NCBI GenBank assembly: GCA_022865215.1
Contig: JALIDP010000002.1
Coordinates: 1 to 54,783, forward strand
Length of the DNA stretch: 54,783 nucleotides
Direction of reading: 5' to 3'
DNA from: Candidatus Nanohalarchaeota archaeon QJJ-7
GTDB taxonomy: Archaea > Nanohalarchaeota > Nanosalinia > Nanosalinales > Nanohalalkaliarchaeaceae
The position numbers were made by a program, and so were the translations under genes. This document shows, piece by piece, positions 18,435 through 29,678 of this stretch; within the stretch, counting starts at the first letter, position 1; every line of letters begins with the position of its first letter. Below the pieces are notes generated by a model. It was not told the origin of the DNA. It ran no database searches and was given only the letters and a program-made list of their open reading frames with translations.

Positions 18435-20453
18435 ATGACTACCTTGATGGTGGCTGAGAAGCCGAAAGTAGCACAGAGACTTGCAGACGCGCTCGGAGAC
18501 TACGAAGTGGAGGAAAACAGAGGGGTGAAGAACTACCGGCTGGACACCGAACAGGGAGAGGTGGTTATCGCGCCCTCCGTGGGCCACATTTTCTCACTCG
18601 AGCAGTCGGACGGGGAATGGACGTATCCGGTTTTCGATGTAGAGTGGGTGCCTTCCTTCGAATCAGAAGACGGGAACAGCTACATGAAGAAGTATTTCAA
18701 CAACCTGAAGGACCAGGGTGAAGACGCGGACGATTACATCAATGCGTGCGACTTCGACCTGGAAGGCTCCGTTATAGGAGAACGCGCCATAACTCTCGCC
18801 TGTAACGGTTCGAGGAGCAGGACAAAGAGGATGAAGTTCTCGACACTGACAACTTCCGATCTACAGGAAGCGTTCGATGACCTGGAAGAGTTCGATACAG
18901 GGCAGACCGAAGCAGGACTGACACGGCACCTGCTAGACTGGTACTACGGTATCAATATCTCGCGGGCACTGATGCTCGCAGTGCAATCGCAGGACCGGTT
19001 CCAGAAACTTTCCACCGGGCGGGTGCAGGGCCCGACACTGAAGGTCCTGGCAGACCGTGAACGGGAGATCCAGGCGTTCGATCCCGATCCCTACTGGGAG
19101 GTCGTCCTGAGGGGAGGGGGCCTGGAGGCGAAGCACGAGGAGGACCGTTTCTGGGAGGAGGAAGAGGCTGAAGAAGTGCTCTCAACCTGCAAAGGGGAAA
19201 AAGCGGTCGTCGCCTCTCTGGACAGGAACCGTTACAAGCATAATCCTCCGGTACCTTTCAACCTGACCGGACTGCAGAAGGAGGCGCAGTCCCAGTTCGG
19301 TATCTCTCCTGCCAGGACCCAGGAGATCGCACAGTCGCTCTACGAGGACTCGCTCATCTCGTACCCGAGGACCGAGTCACAGAAGCTACCTCCCAAGATA
19401 GGTTATAAACAGATCCTGAACAAGCTGAAGAAGCAGGACGATTACGAGGATAAAGCAGGTACTGTTCTAGACAAGAACGACCTCTACACACGACAGGGAG
19501 GGGGTGAAGACCCTGCCCACCCGGCAATCCACCCGACAGGGATTGGTCCGAACAGCCTCAGCGATGACGAGGAGAACGTGTACGACCTCATCGTAAAGAG
19601 GTTCTTCGCCGTTTTCGGGGACGCCGCAGTAAGAGAAACACTGAACGTCTCTCTCGACATTAATTCGGAGATCTTCAAGGCGAAAGGGAAACGGACCATC
19701 GAGCGCAACTGGTTCTCGCTCTATGAACCTTACGTGAACGTGGAGACCATAGACCTTCCCGATCTGGATGAAGGTCAAGAGCTGTCGGTGGATGAACTGG
19801 AGAAGCTGGACAAGGAGACACAGCCACCGAACCGTTATTCACAGGCAGGGATAGTTTCGGAACTGGAGAAGCGGAACCTTGGAACGAAGGCGACGCGTTC
19901 CCAGACCGTCGACAGGTTGTACGACCGGGGCTACATAGATGGCGCACCGATAGAAGTTACTGATATAGGTCTTACAGTGGTGAAGGCACTTGAGGAATAT
20001 TCCCCCGATATCGTCTCCGAGGAGTTAACCCGTCAGTTCGAGGAGAAGATGCAAGATATCCGAGAGGAAGAGATGGAACGCGAGGAAGTGTTACAGGAGG
20101 CGAGAGATACCCTCAGTGAGATACTTGAAGGGTTCCAGGAGAAGGAAGACGAGATCGGGGAGGAGCTGGTCGACGCTATCGATGTCCAGAGGAAGAAGGA
20201 GCGAGAGCTCGGGCCGTGCGACCAGTGCGAGGACGGGACTCTCCGGATCATAAAGAAGAACGGCAAGTTCGTGGGTTGTTCCAACTATCCAGATTGTGAG
20301 AATACCTACCCGCTGACAAACGGAAAGATAGAATCTACCGGAGAAGTCTGCGACACCTGCCACACACCTATCGTGAAGGTCATAAGAAAAGGTAGAAGGC
20401 CTTTCGAGATGTGCCTCGACCCGGACTGCCCGACGAAGGACGACTGGGACTAG
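18435..20453 (+). CDS. topA: DNA topoisomerase IA
   Basis: TOPRIM AEKP and DFDLEG, STGRVQGPTL, catalytic SYPRT, two C-terminal Zn ribbons. Confidence 0.97.
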   Translation: MTTLMVAEKPKVAQRLADALGDYEVEENRGVKNYRLDTEQGEVVIAPSVGHIFSLEQSDGEWTYPVFDVEWVPSFESEDGNSYMKKYFNNLKDQGEDADDYINACDFDLEGSVIGERAITLACNGSRSRTKRMKFSTLTTSDLQEAFDDLEEFDTGQTEAGLTRHLLDWYYGINISRALMLAVQSQDRFQKLSTGRVQGPTLKVLADREREIQAFDPDPYWEVVLRGGGLEAKHEEDRFWEEEEAEEVLSTCKGEKAVVASLDRNRYKHNPPVPFNLTGLQKEAQSQFGISPARTQEIAQSLYEDSLISYPRTESQKLPPKIGYKQILNKLKKQDDYEDKAGTVLDKNDLYTRQGGGEDPAHPAIHPTGIGPNSLSDDEENVYDLIVKRFFAVFGDAAVRETLNVSLDINSEIFKAKGKRTIERNWFSLYEPYVNVETIDLPDLDEGQELSVDELEKLDKETQPPNRYSQAGIVSELEKRNLGTKATRSQTVDRLYDRGYIDGAPIEVTDIGLTVVKALEEYSPDIVSEELTRQFEEKMQDIREEEMEREEVLQEARDTLSEILEGFQEKEDEIGEELVDAIDVQRKKERELGPCDQCEDGTLRIIKKNGKFVGCSNYPDCENTYPLTNGKIESTGEVCDTCHTPIVKVIRKGRRPFEMCLDPDCPTKDDWD

Positions 20454-20506
20454 AATTTTCCTGTATCCCGGCACATATTTTTATCACAGGAAATCTCTTG
20501 AAACGT

Positions 20507-20758
20507 ATGGCGTGGCAGAGCAGTTCGAAACCTGACCGGAAGGATGAAGAGGACAAGAACTACCTATACCTCGTTCTATTCGGGTTTTTCGGGCTTCTGA
20601 TGGAGGCGGTGGGATTCTGGCTCCTCTTTTCCTGGTTCACAACCGCGTCAGGGAACTTCTCAGATCCATCCCTGATACTGGGAGCTATACTCTCCATCGT
20701 AGGTTTCGTGGTTCTGACACGGTGGCTGTCCTCTGTCATCAAGACGTTACTCAGATAG
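20507..20758 (+). CDS. Small two-TM membrane protein
   Basis: ATG at 20507 after a TTTTTAT box; two hydrophobic helices. Confidence 0.65.
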   Translation: MAWQSSSKPDRKDEEDKNYLYLVLFGFFGLLMEAVGFWLLFSWFTTASGNFSDPSLILGAILSIVGFVVLTRWLSSVIKTLLR

Positions 20759-20762
20759 AGAA

Positions 20763-21479
20763 TCAGAAAACACGCATCCCGTCTCTATCCGGCTCTTCGG
20801 ACGCCAGGGACTCTTCAGTGATGTAGAATTCTGCCTCGATACCTTCTGGACGGGAACGATGCTTCTCGATCCTCGCCTTCCTCCGACTTTCACCTATCTT
20901 CTCCAGTTCCAGCAGCGTCTTCGACCAGTACGCCGGGATGTCGCGTCCCACGAGAAAGTTCTCATCGTCCTCCGAATCGAAACGGGAGTAGACCTGGTTC
21001 GTGACCAGTACCGGGATGTCCTCTCCACGGGCGATTGAGGAGAGAACGGAGAACTGCTTCGAGAGCTCGGTGTTCGTCTCCTGGGGATCGCTGCCGTTCA
21101 GGTTCAGACGATAGAGGGATACCAGGGAATCGATCACAATCATCTCTATGTCCTCCTCTTCTACCAGTTCCGGGAGTTCACTGAAAACTTGCTCCTGTTC
21201 CTCGAAACTGGTCGGATCTTGCAACAGAACTCTCTCCAGGGCCTCCTCGTCATCGTGCATCTGTAAAAACCGTTCAGAGGAGAAGCCTCCTTCAGTGTCA
21301 ACGAACACGGTCTTACCGTCACGGTTCTGGAGGGCCGAGACAACGGCCTGGATGCAGAAGTTGGTCTTGCCTGAACCAGCTCCCCCGTAGACGTTGGTTA
21401 TGATCCCGTGTTCGATGCCGCCGTCCAGCAGCTCATCAAGCGATTCACAGCCTGTAGAGAGCTTTTTTGGACGTTCCAT
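20763..21479 (-). CDS. radB: DNA repair protein RadB
   Basis: GGAGSGKT, FVDTEGG, TNQV, RadB KHR motif; lacks the RadA N-terminal domain. Confidence 0.95.
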   Translation of the reverse strand: MERPKKLSTGCESLDELLDGGIEHGIITNVYGGAGSGKTNFCIQAVVSALQNRDGKTVFVDTEGGFSSERFLQMHDDEEALERVLLQDPTSFEEQEQVFSELPELVEEEDIEMIVIDSLVSLYRLNLNGSDPQETNTELSKQFSVLSSIARGEDIPVLVTNQVYSRFDSEDDENFLVGRDIPAYWSKTLLELEKIGESRRKARIEKHRSRPEGIEAEFYITEESLASEEPDRDGMRVF

Positions 21480-21560
21480 GGATAATTAATTCTACTGCAA
21501 TGCTTATATGGGTGGAGTTTCGTGTACATACATAAAAATATTGGGTTCGCTCGTAAGGGT

Positions 21561-21878
21561 ATGCCTGTGGAGGCCGCGGTTGTAACTTACAAGGCGCGGC
21601 TCGAGAGGTTCGAATCCCGGTCGGAACGGAACAAGTTCTACCGGGGTCTACACGGTTACAGGCGGAAGGTCCGGCGCAATGACAAGGTTTACGAGTACGA
21701 GAAGCCCGGCCTGCTCGGGGAGACCGAGCATATCAAGGTGGCAGACTCTGCGTTCATCATAGAACGGGAGCACCTTGAAAAGTTTCGGAACTACTTCGAT
21801 GAGTGGAGCGGAAAGGTCGAGAGCCGGATATACCTGATAACGCTCGACGACAATGAGATGATAGAAGATGGTTGCTAA
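21561..21878 (+). CDS. Basic hypothetical protein, possible Cas2/VapD-like ferredoxin fold
   Basis: AVVTY...[11 protein letters not shown]...KVADSAFII pattern; overlaps cdc48 start by 11 nt. Confidence 0.6.
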   Translation: MPVEAAVVTYKARLERFESRSERNKFYRGLHGYRRKVRRNDKVYEYEKPGLLGETEHIKVADSAFIIEREHLEKFRNYFDEWSGKVESRIYLITLDDNEMIEDGC

Positions 21879-24153
21879 CAACGAACAAGGAGAAGGCAAC
21901 GGAAGCGTGAAGCTGAAGGTCGGAGAGATACCACCGAACGCGCAGGAGGATATCGGCTCCGGTATCGTGAGGATCGACTCCAACGTGATGGAGGAACTCG
22001 AGATCCGGGAGGGAGATGCTGTAAGGATAGAAGGAGACCGGGAGACCGTTGCCCGCGCCGCCAGGAGTTACCCTGCGGATGTAGGTCTCGGGATCGTGCG
22101 AATGGACGGATACCTCCGGAAGAACGCGGGAACCTCTCTGCGGGAGACAGTGGAGGTCGAGAAGGCAGATCTGGAGGAGGCTGAGAAAGTTGTTCTGGCG
22201 CCTGCAGAGGAGGGAGTCACTATACAGGTATCTTCCCCATCCATATTCAAGAGGACACTGACCGACAGGGCGGTGACGAGCGGAGATCTACTCGTGCCCT
22301 CTTCCGGGAGGGAGCGGAGGAGGAGCTTCTTCGAGGACGTGTTCGATATCGATGACTTCTTCGACTTCACGTTCGGCGAGACGAAGCTGATGGTGGTCTC
22401 CACAAACCCTGAGGGACCGGTGACCATAACCGAGGACACAGAGATAGAGGTCAAGCCTCAGGCGGTAGAGACTGCTGAGCAGATGGGTCCGAGAGTTCCT
22501 GAAGTGACCTATGAGGACATCGGAGGACTGGAGGACGAGATCCAGAAGGTCCGGGAGATGATCGAACTCCCCCTTAAACACCCTGAGGTGTTCCAGCAGC
22601 TGGGTATCGAGGCTCCTTCAGGAGTTCTTCTCCAGGGACCTCCAGGCACAGGTAAAACACTGCTCGCCAAGGCGGTCGCGAACGAGGCCGATGCGTGGTT
22701 CACGAGTATAAACGGCCCTGAGGTTATGTCAAAGTTCTACGGGGAGTCCGAGAAACAGCTGAGAGAGATATTCGAGGAGGCGCAGGAGAACTCCCCCGGC
22801 ATAATATTCATAGACGAACTGGACGCTCTGGCTCCTAAGAGGGGTGAAGCCAGGGGAGAAGTGGAGCAGCGGGTAGTGGCACAGCTGCTTTCCCTCATGG
22901 ACGGTCTTGAGGCACGCGAGGATGTAATAGTCATAGCTGCTACCAACAGGCCGGAAGACATAGACGAAGCACTGAGACGGCCTGGAAGACTGGACAGGGA
23001 GATAGAGATAGGTGTGCCGGACCGGAACGGCAGGAAGGAGATCCTACAGATCCATACGCGGAACATGCCTATGGAGGAGAAAGTGGACCTAGATGAACTG
23101 GCCGACCAGACTCATGGGTACGTAGGAGCGGATATAGAGGCACTAGCTAAGGAGGCTGCTATGTCCACGCTGAGACGAGTCCTTCCTGAGATAGAGCTGG
23201 ATGAGAGCGAGATAGATGAGGATGTTCTCGACAAGCTCGTGGTCGGATCTGAGGACTTCACCACAGCGATGAGGCTCGTGGAACCCTCGGCCATGAGAGA
23301 GGTTATGGTGGAGATCCCACAGGTTACCTGGAAGGACGTGGGCGGTCTTGAAGAGGTCGAGGAAAGGCTCCAGGAGATGATAGAATGGCCTCTCGACAAA
23401 CCTGAGAAGTTCGACGACATGGGTATAGAAGTCCCTACAGGTCTCCTGCTCTACGGTCTACCAGGTACAGGGAAGACCCTGCTCGCGAAAGCAGTAGCGA
23501 ACGAGTCAGACGCCAATTTCATATCCATAAAAGGTCCTGAACTGTTCTCGAAGTGGGTCGGGGAATCGGAGAAAGCTGTCCGGGAGGTGTTCTCCAAGGC
23601 CAGACAGGTCGCGCCTACAGTCGTATTCATAGACGAGATAGACGCTATAGCACAGAGGAGAGGCATCAATACAGGCTCAGGAGTAGACGACCGCGTCCTG
23701 AACCAGCTCCTGTCCGAGATAGACGGTGTGGAAGATATGAGCGGGGTGGTGGTCATCGGTGCGACCAACCGGCCCGATATCCTCGACCCAGCTATCCTCC
23801 GCCCAGGAAGGCTTGACAGGCACCTCCACATACCTCACCCTGACAGAGAGACACGGAAGGAGATATTCGAGGTCCATACACGCGAAATGCCTCTAGAAGA
23901 CATCGACCTTGACGAACTGGTCGACCAGACCGAAGGATATGTCGGGGCTGATATAGAGAACGTCTGCAGGGAGGCAGGGATGAACGCTATAAGAGAAGGA
24001 AAGGAATCTGTCGATATGGAAGATTTCGAAGAGGCACTGGGAGACGCCACACCTACTGCAACAGAGGACGACATCGACGAGTTCGAGGACAAGGTGGAGG
24101 TCATGGAGGCAGAAGACACTGCTCAGGAGACGACAGCCGATTACTTCGGATAA
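21868..24153 (+). CDS. cdc48: Cdc48/VAT AAA+ ATPase
   Basis: N-domain plus two AAA modules ([25 protein letters not shown]). Confidence 0.97.
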   Translation: MVANNEQGEGNGSVKLKVGEIPPNAQEDIGSGIVRIDSNVMEELEIREGDAVRIEGDRETVARAARSYPADVGLGIVRMDGYLRKNAGTSLRETVEVEKADLEEAEKVVLAPAEEGVTIQVSSPSIFKRTLTDRAVTSGDLLVPSSGRERRRSFFEDVFDIDDFFDFTFGETKLMVVSTNPEGPVTITEDTEIEVKPQAVETAEQMGPRVPEVTYEDIGGLEDEIQKVREMIELPLKHPEVFQQLGIEAPSGVLLQGPPGTGKTLLAKAVANEADAWFTSINGPEVMSKFYGESEKQLREIFEEAQENSPGIIFIDELDALAPKRGEARGEVEQRVVAQLLSLMDGLEAREDVIVIAATNRPEDIDEALRRPGRLDREIEIGVPDRNGRKEILQIHTRNMPMEEKVDLDELADQTHGYVGADIEALAKEAAMSTLRRVLPEIELDESEIDEDVLDKLVVGSEDFTTAMRLVEPSAMREVMVEIPQVTWKDVGGLEEVEERLQEMIEWPLDKPEKFDDMGIEVPTGLLLYGLPGTGKTLLAKAVANESDANFISIKGPELFSKWVGESEKAVREVFSKARQVAPTVVFIDEIDAIAQRRGINTGSGVDDRVLNQLLSEIDGVEDMSGVVVIGATNRPDILDPAILRPGRLDRHLHIPHPDRETRKEIFEVHTREMPLEDIDLDELVDQTEGYVGADIENVCREAGMNAIREGKESVDMEDFEEALGDATPTATEDDIDEFEDKVEVMEAEDTAQETTADYFG

Positions 24154-25038
24154 TCACCTGGTCGTTACTGTAGGATCTTCTCCGACTATAACAGTATGCT
24201 CTTTCTGCGATACCAGCCCTTCGCCTGCCTCTCGCAGGATATCGTAGGAATGAAGGTTTCCTGACCTGACAAGGTTGCTCATCGCAGTCTTCAGACGGGC
24301 TGCGGGAACGCTCTCTATCCAGCGTGAGGTGAAAGGAAGGCCTCTGAACCGGTTCTTCACCTCTCCAAGTATCTTCCGGCCGGTCCTGCCTCTCGCGTTC
24401 TCGTTATCCAGGCGATAGATGTTTCCTGGACCTCCGTCCTTCACCTTTCCCTTCCCATCAGTAGCGAAGGGCTCTATAGCGACCGCTTCCCCTTCCTCCA
24501 GGGTCTTCCCGGAGCCGGTATCTATGTTAGGGATCGTCTTACCGGTGTGCTGCTCGTAGTGGCCGAGACCGTGGCCGCTGAGGTTCCTGACCGGACTGAA
24601 ACCGTACGAATCGATAGCCTCCTGTATCGCTGCACCTATATCACCCAGCGACACTCCAGGTTCTATAATATCCAGGGCAGCATCCAGAGCATCTTCAGAA
24701 GCTTCCACCAGCTCCTGGTTCTCTCCTGAAGGGTCGACGGTCACTGCTGTATCGCCTATATACCCGTCCACGTGCGCTCCTACATCTATGTTCAGGAGGT
24801 CTTCTTCCTCGATCACCGTATCGTCAGATCTTGAAGGAGTGTAGTGCGCAGCATGATCGTTCAGTGAAAGGTTGACAGGGAAAGCCGGTTCTGCTCCCTC
24901 TTCTCTTATGAACTCCTCTGCCTTTTCCGCTATATTCACAAGCTCGGTTCCAGGGGACGCGATCTCGACAGCTAGCTCTCGGGCCTCTCTTGCTATCCTC
25001 CCTGCTTCCACGTACTTGTCTCGAGTATCATCATCCAT
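24154..25038 (-). CDS. map: Methionine aminopeptidase type II
   Basis: AFPVNLS, AAHYTP, DVGAHVDGYIGD, GHG, IEPFAT, QxEHT. Confidence 0.96.
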   Translation of the reverse strand: MDDDTRDKYVEAGRIAREARELAVEIASPGTELVNIAEKAEEFIREEGAEPAFPVNLSLNDHAAHYTPSRSDDTVIEEEDLLNIDVGAHVDGYIGDTAVTVDPSGENQELVEASEDALDAALDIIEPGVSLGDIGAAIQEAIDSYGFSPVRNLSGHGLGHYEQHTGKTIPNIDTGSGKTLEEGEAVAIEPFATDGKGKVKDGGPGNIYRLDNENARGRTGRKILGEVKNRFRGLPFTSRWIESVPAARLKTAMSNLVRSGNLHSYDILREAGEGLVSQKEHTVIVGEDPTVTTR

Positions 25039-25039
25039 C

Positions 25040-26494
25040 TCAGTACACCGCCTCTATTATCCTTTCCTCCAGATCTTCAAATCCCTTGAGGTAAGATCTC
25101 CTCTCTTCCCTCAGCTCCTCAACCTTTTCTTTATACCCCCCGACGTTCTCTTCTGGCCGGAACCTTGAGATATCAACCCCCGGCACTTCTTTGGGGAACT
25201 CCAGCCCCTCCTCTAACTCTTCCCAATCTATCTCCTCGGAGACGATCGCTCTCAGTATCTTTACTGTCTCCTCCACACCTATCTCCTCACCCCCGACATC
25301 GCCAGTGTTCAGGAGGTAACATGTCGCATCGACTGACTCCACCAGTTCCAGGAACCGGTTTCCTTCCTCCCCTCGAGAACCTATGATGAACGGGTTGGTA
25401 CCCACGACACGGACCGCCTCTCCAGCCTCTTCCTCAGAGGCAGCACTCGTCTTCACCGATTCACCGAGCATAAAGGCTGCAGCCCCCTGTTCCGAACTAA
25501 GTCGGGCTACAGGAGGTAAGAGAGAGTTCCGGGTTATGAAAAATATCTGGTCCACCCTTTCCAGGGTTATCTCTTCGGATGCACTGTGGAGATCGCTCCT
25601 CTGTACCACTGATCTGCCGTTCCTCGTCAGGCCATCATCAAAGAAGTCCACTGTTCCGTCTTCCTCCACTCGAACATTCTCCAGCACCGACTTCGGCTGG
25701 GTCGCGGCATGGTAAAGCTCTGGCTGTTCTTCCTCTTCCAGTCCGTACGTCTTTATGAACAGTCCTTTCCCTTCACTGCCGATCGCAGAACCCTCAGGAT
25801 GGAGTGAGAGGACGTCGTCCTGGACCATCTCAGCCTCCTCTTGGCCTTCAAGCCACATACCGTGAGAGGTCAACGTGGTCTTCCCGGTGCCGCTGAGCCC
25901 GAGGAAGAGTTGTCCTACCGTATCCATGCCTTCTCCAGTTTCCACCGTAACACGTTTACTTCCTGCGTGCAGTCCGATACCTCCTCTCTCCTTCTCTCTA
26001 TACATGAAAAGCCGGAGGAAAGATTTCTTTGCCTCTCCCGAGTAGTCTGAGCCGAGAACGTAAGTGACACCGTCTCCAGGGAAGACCCGGACCATATCCC
26101 GCCTCCAGTCCGGGAGCTGAACGGTAACGAAGTCCGGTTCTCCTGAAGCTGGTTCCAGGAGCTGGGACCACGCCAGAGCTATCCTCGCCTGTTCTTTCGG
26201 GACGTAGTATCGACAGGTGTAGCTGTGGTCGCCGTCACCGACCTCCCGGTCCAGACAGACCATCTCACGGTCCTCCAGTGATTCCCGGACCTCTCGTAAC
26301 TCTTCCAGGTCATCGAACGAATGATCAACGTTGTTCTTCGTCTTGTCTGCTATCCGGGAACGTACATCTGTAACGTAAGAGGGGCTGCCGTACTCGGTAG
26401 TAGTCTCCAGATGTCGGGAGAGGGATCTCATCCTCTCGAATGAGGGGTTGTAGATAATTTTCTCCTCTTCAGGACTGGGAAAATCGTGGTCCAT
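25040..26494 (-). CDS. pckA: Phosphoenolpyruvate carboxykinase (ATP)
   Basis: YSGEAKK, LHAG, GLSGTGKTTL, QDD, NGR, YLLNTG. Confidence 0.92.
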   Translation of the reverse strand: MDHDFPSPEEEKIIYNPSFERMRSLSRHLETTTEYGSPSYVTDVRSRIADKTKNNVDHSFDDLEELREVRESLEDREMVCLDREVGDGDHSYTCRYYVPKEQARIALAWSQLLEPASGEPDFVTVQLPDWRRDMVRVFPGDGVTYVLGSDYSGEAKKSFLRLFMYREKERGGIGLHAGSKRVTVETGEGMDTVGQLFLGLSGTGKTTLTSHGMWLEGQEEAEMVQDDVLSLHPEGSAIGSEGKGLFIKTYGLEEEEQPELYHAATQPKSVLENVRVEEDGTVDFFDDGLTRNGRSVVQRSDLHSASEEITLERVDQIFFITRNSLLPPVARLSSEQGAAAFMLGESVKTSAASEEEAGEAVRVVGTNPFIIGSRGEEGNRFLELVESVDATCYLLNTGDVGGEEIGVEETVKILRAIVSEEIDWEELEEGLEFPKEVPGVDISRFRPEENVGGYKEKVEELREERRSYLKGFEDLEERIIEAVY

Positions 26495-26535
26495 GGTAGA
26501 ACCCTGGACTGCAGGAATAAAGATATAACCCTCTC

Positions 26536-28947
26536 TCAGGAGAAATCTCCGATACCCGTCTGTTTGCCCTTACCGAGAAGCTGGTCTTCAGTGTAACCCA
26601 GCACCTTCAAGACCCTTATCGCCACGGGCACCACCTGGTTCTGTACGTAGTAGTCTGGGTCGTAGTCTTCCGCATAAGTAAGGACTTCTGAACGGTCCGA
26701 TATAGGGCCGTCCCCTCGAGTGACCACGTACGCTATCGTGTCTCCAGGGTCTATATCCTTCCCCCGTTTGATAGCGCGCTTCGCGGCCTCGCTATGTGGA
26801 GTCTTGGACTCGTAGTTCTCGGGCTTCTTCTTCATCTGGGTGTATATCTTAAGCTTCTCCAGCGGCACCTCGCCAGATCTCAGCTCGTCCACAGTTTCCT
26901 TGACTATTTCGACCGCTTCTTCCACTTCCCCCTCGAGAACCCTCCTTATAACCTCCTCCTGGGCGTCCTTGGCTACACGGGACCAGTCCCGCCTCACCTG
27001 TTCAAACCCGGTTATCTTCACGTTCCCGTCCCGATCTATCAGAGCGTACTTCTTCTTCGCACCCCCTCCACTTTCGGTGTAAGTGAAAAGACCTCTAGGG
27101 TAGAAACCCTCGAACTCCAGCTCCATGAACTCTGGTAGGGAAGAGTTCACCTCGTCCTGGAACTCATCTATCCTTCCCTCCACCTCTCCACCCTTCACCA
27201 TCACAGAGTCGGTATCGCCGTAGACCACCTCGAAGCCCATCTCCTCCGCCTTCTCTATCGTCTCCTGGATGTACTGTCTCCCGAGAGCAGTGGTGGCCTC
27301 TGCGGACTCGCGGGAGTACCACCTCGCCCCGTTGTAACCCATGTATCCGTAGAAAGCGTTGCTCAGGATCTTCAGCGCCTGCTGCCGGTTATCTATGTCA
27401 CGATATTCCTGCGAACCTTCATCGACCTCGTTCATCTCTCCTTTCAGCTCGTACCTCTCTTCCACCAGGCTCTCCAGGATAGAAGGTATGAAACCGGGCT
27501 CGTCCTGGCAGAAACTGTACGACCTATCAGCCTCCTCGATCTCAACGTTCAACTCATCTTCACAGCCCTCGACCTCAAGAGTATCGGGGGAGAGGTTGTG
27601 CGACACCATTATCGTCGGATACAGGCTCCTGAAGTCGAAAAGAGCGATATCCTCATGCAGCCCTTCTTCCGGCTCGTAAACGAACCCTCCCGCGTACCTC
27701 CCTTCTTTGTAACGTTCACTCCTCTCGGACTGGGAAGGCCGGTTCGGGGACAATATGTTTCTCTCGTAAGACTTCCGAAGCAGGAAGTTCTCCACTAACT
27801 GGCCGTAGGTATGGCGGCAGACGTCGAAAGGAGGTAGGCCTGTAAGGCGGGAAAGCGAGAGCATCTGGGGCACGAGCGTCTCCCCAAGGAGGTAAGCCAG
27901 TTCAGAGTCTCTCAGGGCGTACTTCGCGAACCGGTCCAGTTCTTCTTTCTCTTCCCAGAGACGTCTCATCTCCTCCCAGGGAAGTTCGTCCTTGTTCTCC
28001 CCGATAAGCTCCTCTGCCACCGCATCCAGTGTAAGAACGTCGGACTGAAGCCCCATTGACACGACATTCTCCACGAACGCGTACAGGTCCAAATGCACCC
28101 GGCCTTCAAGATTCGCCCCGGAGAACCGCCCTCTCCTCTTGAATTTCATCTCCTCCCCGGTCCGACTCATATCAAGCTCCAGACCGTATTTCTCCGTTCT
28201 ATCCCGGAGAACATCGAAATCGAACTCGTCCGTATTGTAGCCCAGGAATATATCCGGGTCCCTTTCTTCTACTATCTCGAGTATCCGTTCCAGGAGATTC
28301 TCTTCACTCCCTACCGTCTCAACGTAGTCTGCATCAAAATCCCCTGACCCTTTTACAAGCACTTTCTGGAAATCTTCCGAATAGAAACTGCACATTATTA
28401 CCTCTTCTTCGTACACCTCAAGGTCGAACGCGAGGCTGGACAGGCCAGGTCCTGATCCCTCTGCCTCCGAGAGAGGTTCCTCTAACTCTATAATCTCTGG
28501 TTCTTCATCCCTATTGAGCTCGCCTTCCATAAGGTAGTTCTTTCCCGGCTTAACCCCTCTATCGATAAGGTAGCGCTTGTAGAACGGTATATCGAACTCG
28601 CGAGTCTCCCGGACCGGTCCGAGTTCTTCCACCTTCTCTCTCACTTTCGGAACGTCCGGCGGCTCTTCGAGAACAAGTTTCAGTACTTCCTGCTCTTCCC
28701 GTCCTAGAGTCTTTCCCACCTCCTCAAAATCTACTTCAATCGTCTCGCCTTCTACCCTGACACCATCTCCTATCTCTTCCTTTATCGCAGCCATATCGGG
28801 GCCCAAAACGTAGGAATAGGGTTCGAAGCTCCTATCCCTGGCTATAATCGGCTCTCCCTCCGAATCTTTGCCGAAGATCCTTACAACAGCCTCTCCGCCC
28901 TCTAGCACGTAATCCGCTTCCAGTACAGTCGCCTCGACCTTATCCAT
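26536..28947 (-). CDS. polB: Family B DNA polymerase with proofreading exonuclease
   Basis: ExoI FDLE, ExoII YNTDEFD, ExoIII YALRD, DFRSLYP, KILSNAFYGY, YGDTDS, C-terminal PIP-like QTGIGDF; no intein. Confidence 0.97.
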   Translation of the reverse strand: MDKVEATVLEADYVLEGGEAVVRIFGKDSEGEPIIARDRSFEPYSYVLGPDMAAIKEEIGDGVRVEGETIEVDFEEVGKTLGREEQEVLKLVLEEPPDVPKVREKVEELGPVRETREFDIPFYKRYLIDRGVKPGKNYLMEGELNRDEEPEIIELEEPLSEAEGSGPGLSSLAFDLEVYEEEVIMCSFYSEDFQKVLVKGSGDFDADYVETVGSEENLLERILEIVEERDPDIFLGYNTDEFDFDVLRDRTEKYGLELDMSRTGEEMKFKRRGRFSGANLEGRVHLDLYAFVENVVSMGLQSDVLTLDAVAEELIGENKDELPWEEMRRLWEEKEELDRFAKYALRDSELAYLLGETLVPQMLSLSRLTGLPPFDVCRHTYGQLVENFLLRKSYERNILSPNRPSQSERSERYKEGRYAGGFVYEPEEGLHEDIALFDFRSLYPTIMVSHNLSPDTLEVEGCEDELNVEIEEADRSYSFCQDEPGFIPSILESLVEERYELKGEMNEVDEGSQEYRDIDNRQQALKILSNAFYGYMGYNGARWYSRESAEATTALGRQYIQETIEKAEEMGFEVVYGDTDSVMVKGGEVEGRIDEFQDEVNSSLPEFMELEFEGFYPRGLFTYTESGGGAKKKYALIDRDGNVKITGFEQVRRDWSRVAKDAQEEVIRRVLEGEVEEAVEIVKETVDELRSGEVPLEKLKIYTQMKKKPENYESKTPHSEAAKRAIKRGKDIDPGDTIAYVVTRGDGPISDRSEVLTYAEDYDPDYYVQNQVVPVAIRVLKVLGYTEDQLLGKGKQTGIGDFS

Positions 28948-29024
28948 GCCCTAGATTTTCGTCCAGAGATTTTTAACATGGTCCGCGGGATAGATTTTTA
29001 TTCCAGAGCCGCGCAAACCTTTCT

Positions 29025-29678
29025 ATGAAGGTTCTCGTACTTTCAGACATCCATGGCGCGGTCAACGAGGTCGAGTCTATACTGAATAAGGAGGAAGAAC
29101 ACGGCCTCATACTCGTGGCTGGAGACATCACAGACACATCAGAGGACGACTACCTGGGTACAGCGAAGGAGATAGTAGAGCTTCTCGGAGAATCCGGGAG
29201 GTTCGTGAAAGCAGTTCCAGGTAACATGGATGATGAAGACATTCTGAAACTCCTGATAGAGAACCGGATCAACCTTCACAAGAACATCTTCTCTCTCCAG
29301 GAACACGAGTTCATCGGTTTCGGTGGCGGGAGAACTCCTGACGGTGTTGAAACTCCTTTCGAACCAGAAGACAGGGAGAGGGGCGAGGTACTGGAACAGC
29401 TGTTACAACGGACCCAGTCAGACAGGCGTGTCGTCGTCTCGCACGAACCGCCGAAAGGTACATCGGCAGACGTGGTTTCAGGAGACCATGTAGGTAGCGA
29501 ATCCCTCCGAAAACTGATAGGGGACGAGGATATAGACCTTGTTATCTGTGGACATATCCACGAATCGAGGACTGTAGACGAGGTCGACGGCACCACTGTT
29601 GTAAACCCGGGATCGGTGAAAGAGGGCAGGTACGCTGTCCTGGAGCTCGGAGATGAACTCGAAATCGACCTCAGATGA
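29025..29678 (+). CDS. Calcineurin-like metallophosphoesterase
   Basis: SDIH, AGD, PGNMD, SHEPP, CGHIHE, NPG. Confidence 0.93.
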   Translation: MKVLVLSDIHGAVNEVESILNKEEEHGLILVAGDITDTSEDDYLGTAKEIVELLGESGRFVKAVPGNMDDEDILKLLIENRINLHKNIFSLQEHEFIGFGGGRTPDGVETPFEPEDRERGEVLEQLLQRTQSDRRVVVSHEPPKGTSADVVSGDHVGSESLRKLIGDEDIDLVICGHIHESRTVDEVDGTTVVNPGSVKEGRYAVLELGDELEIDLR

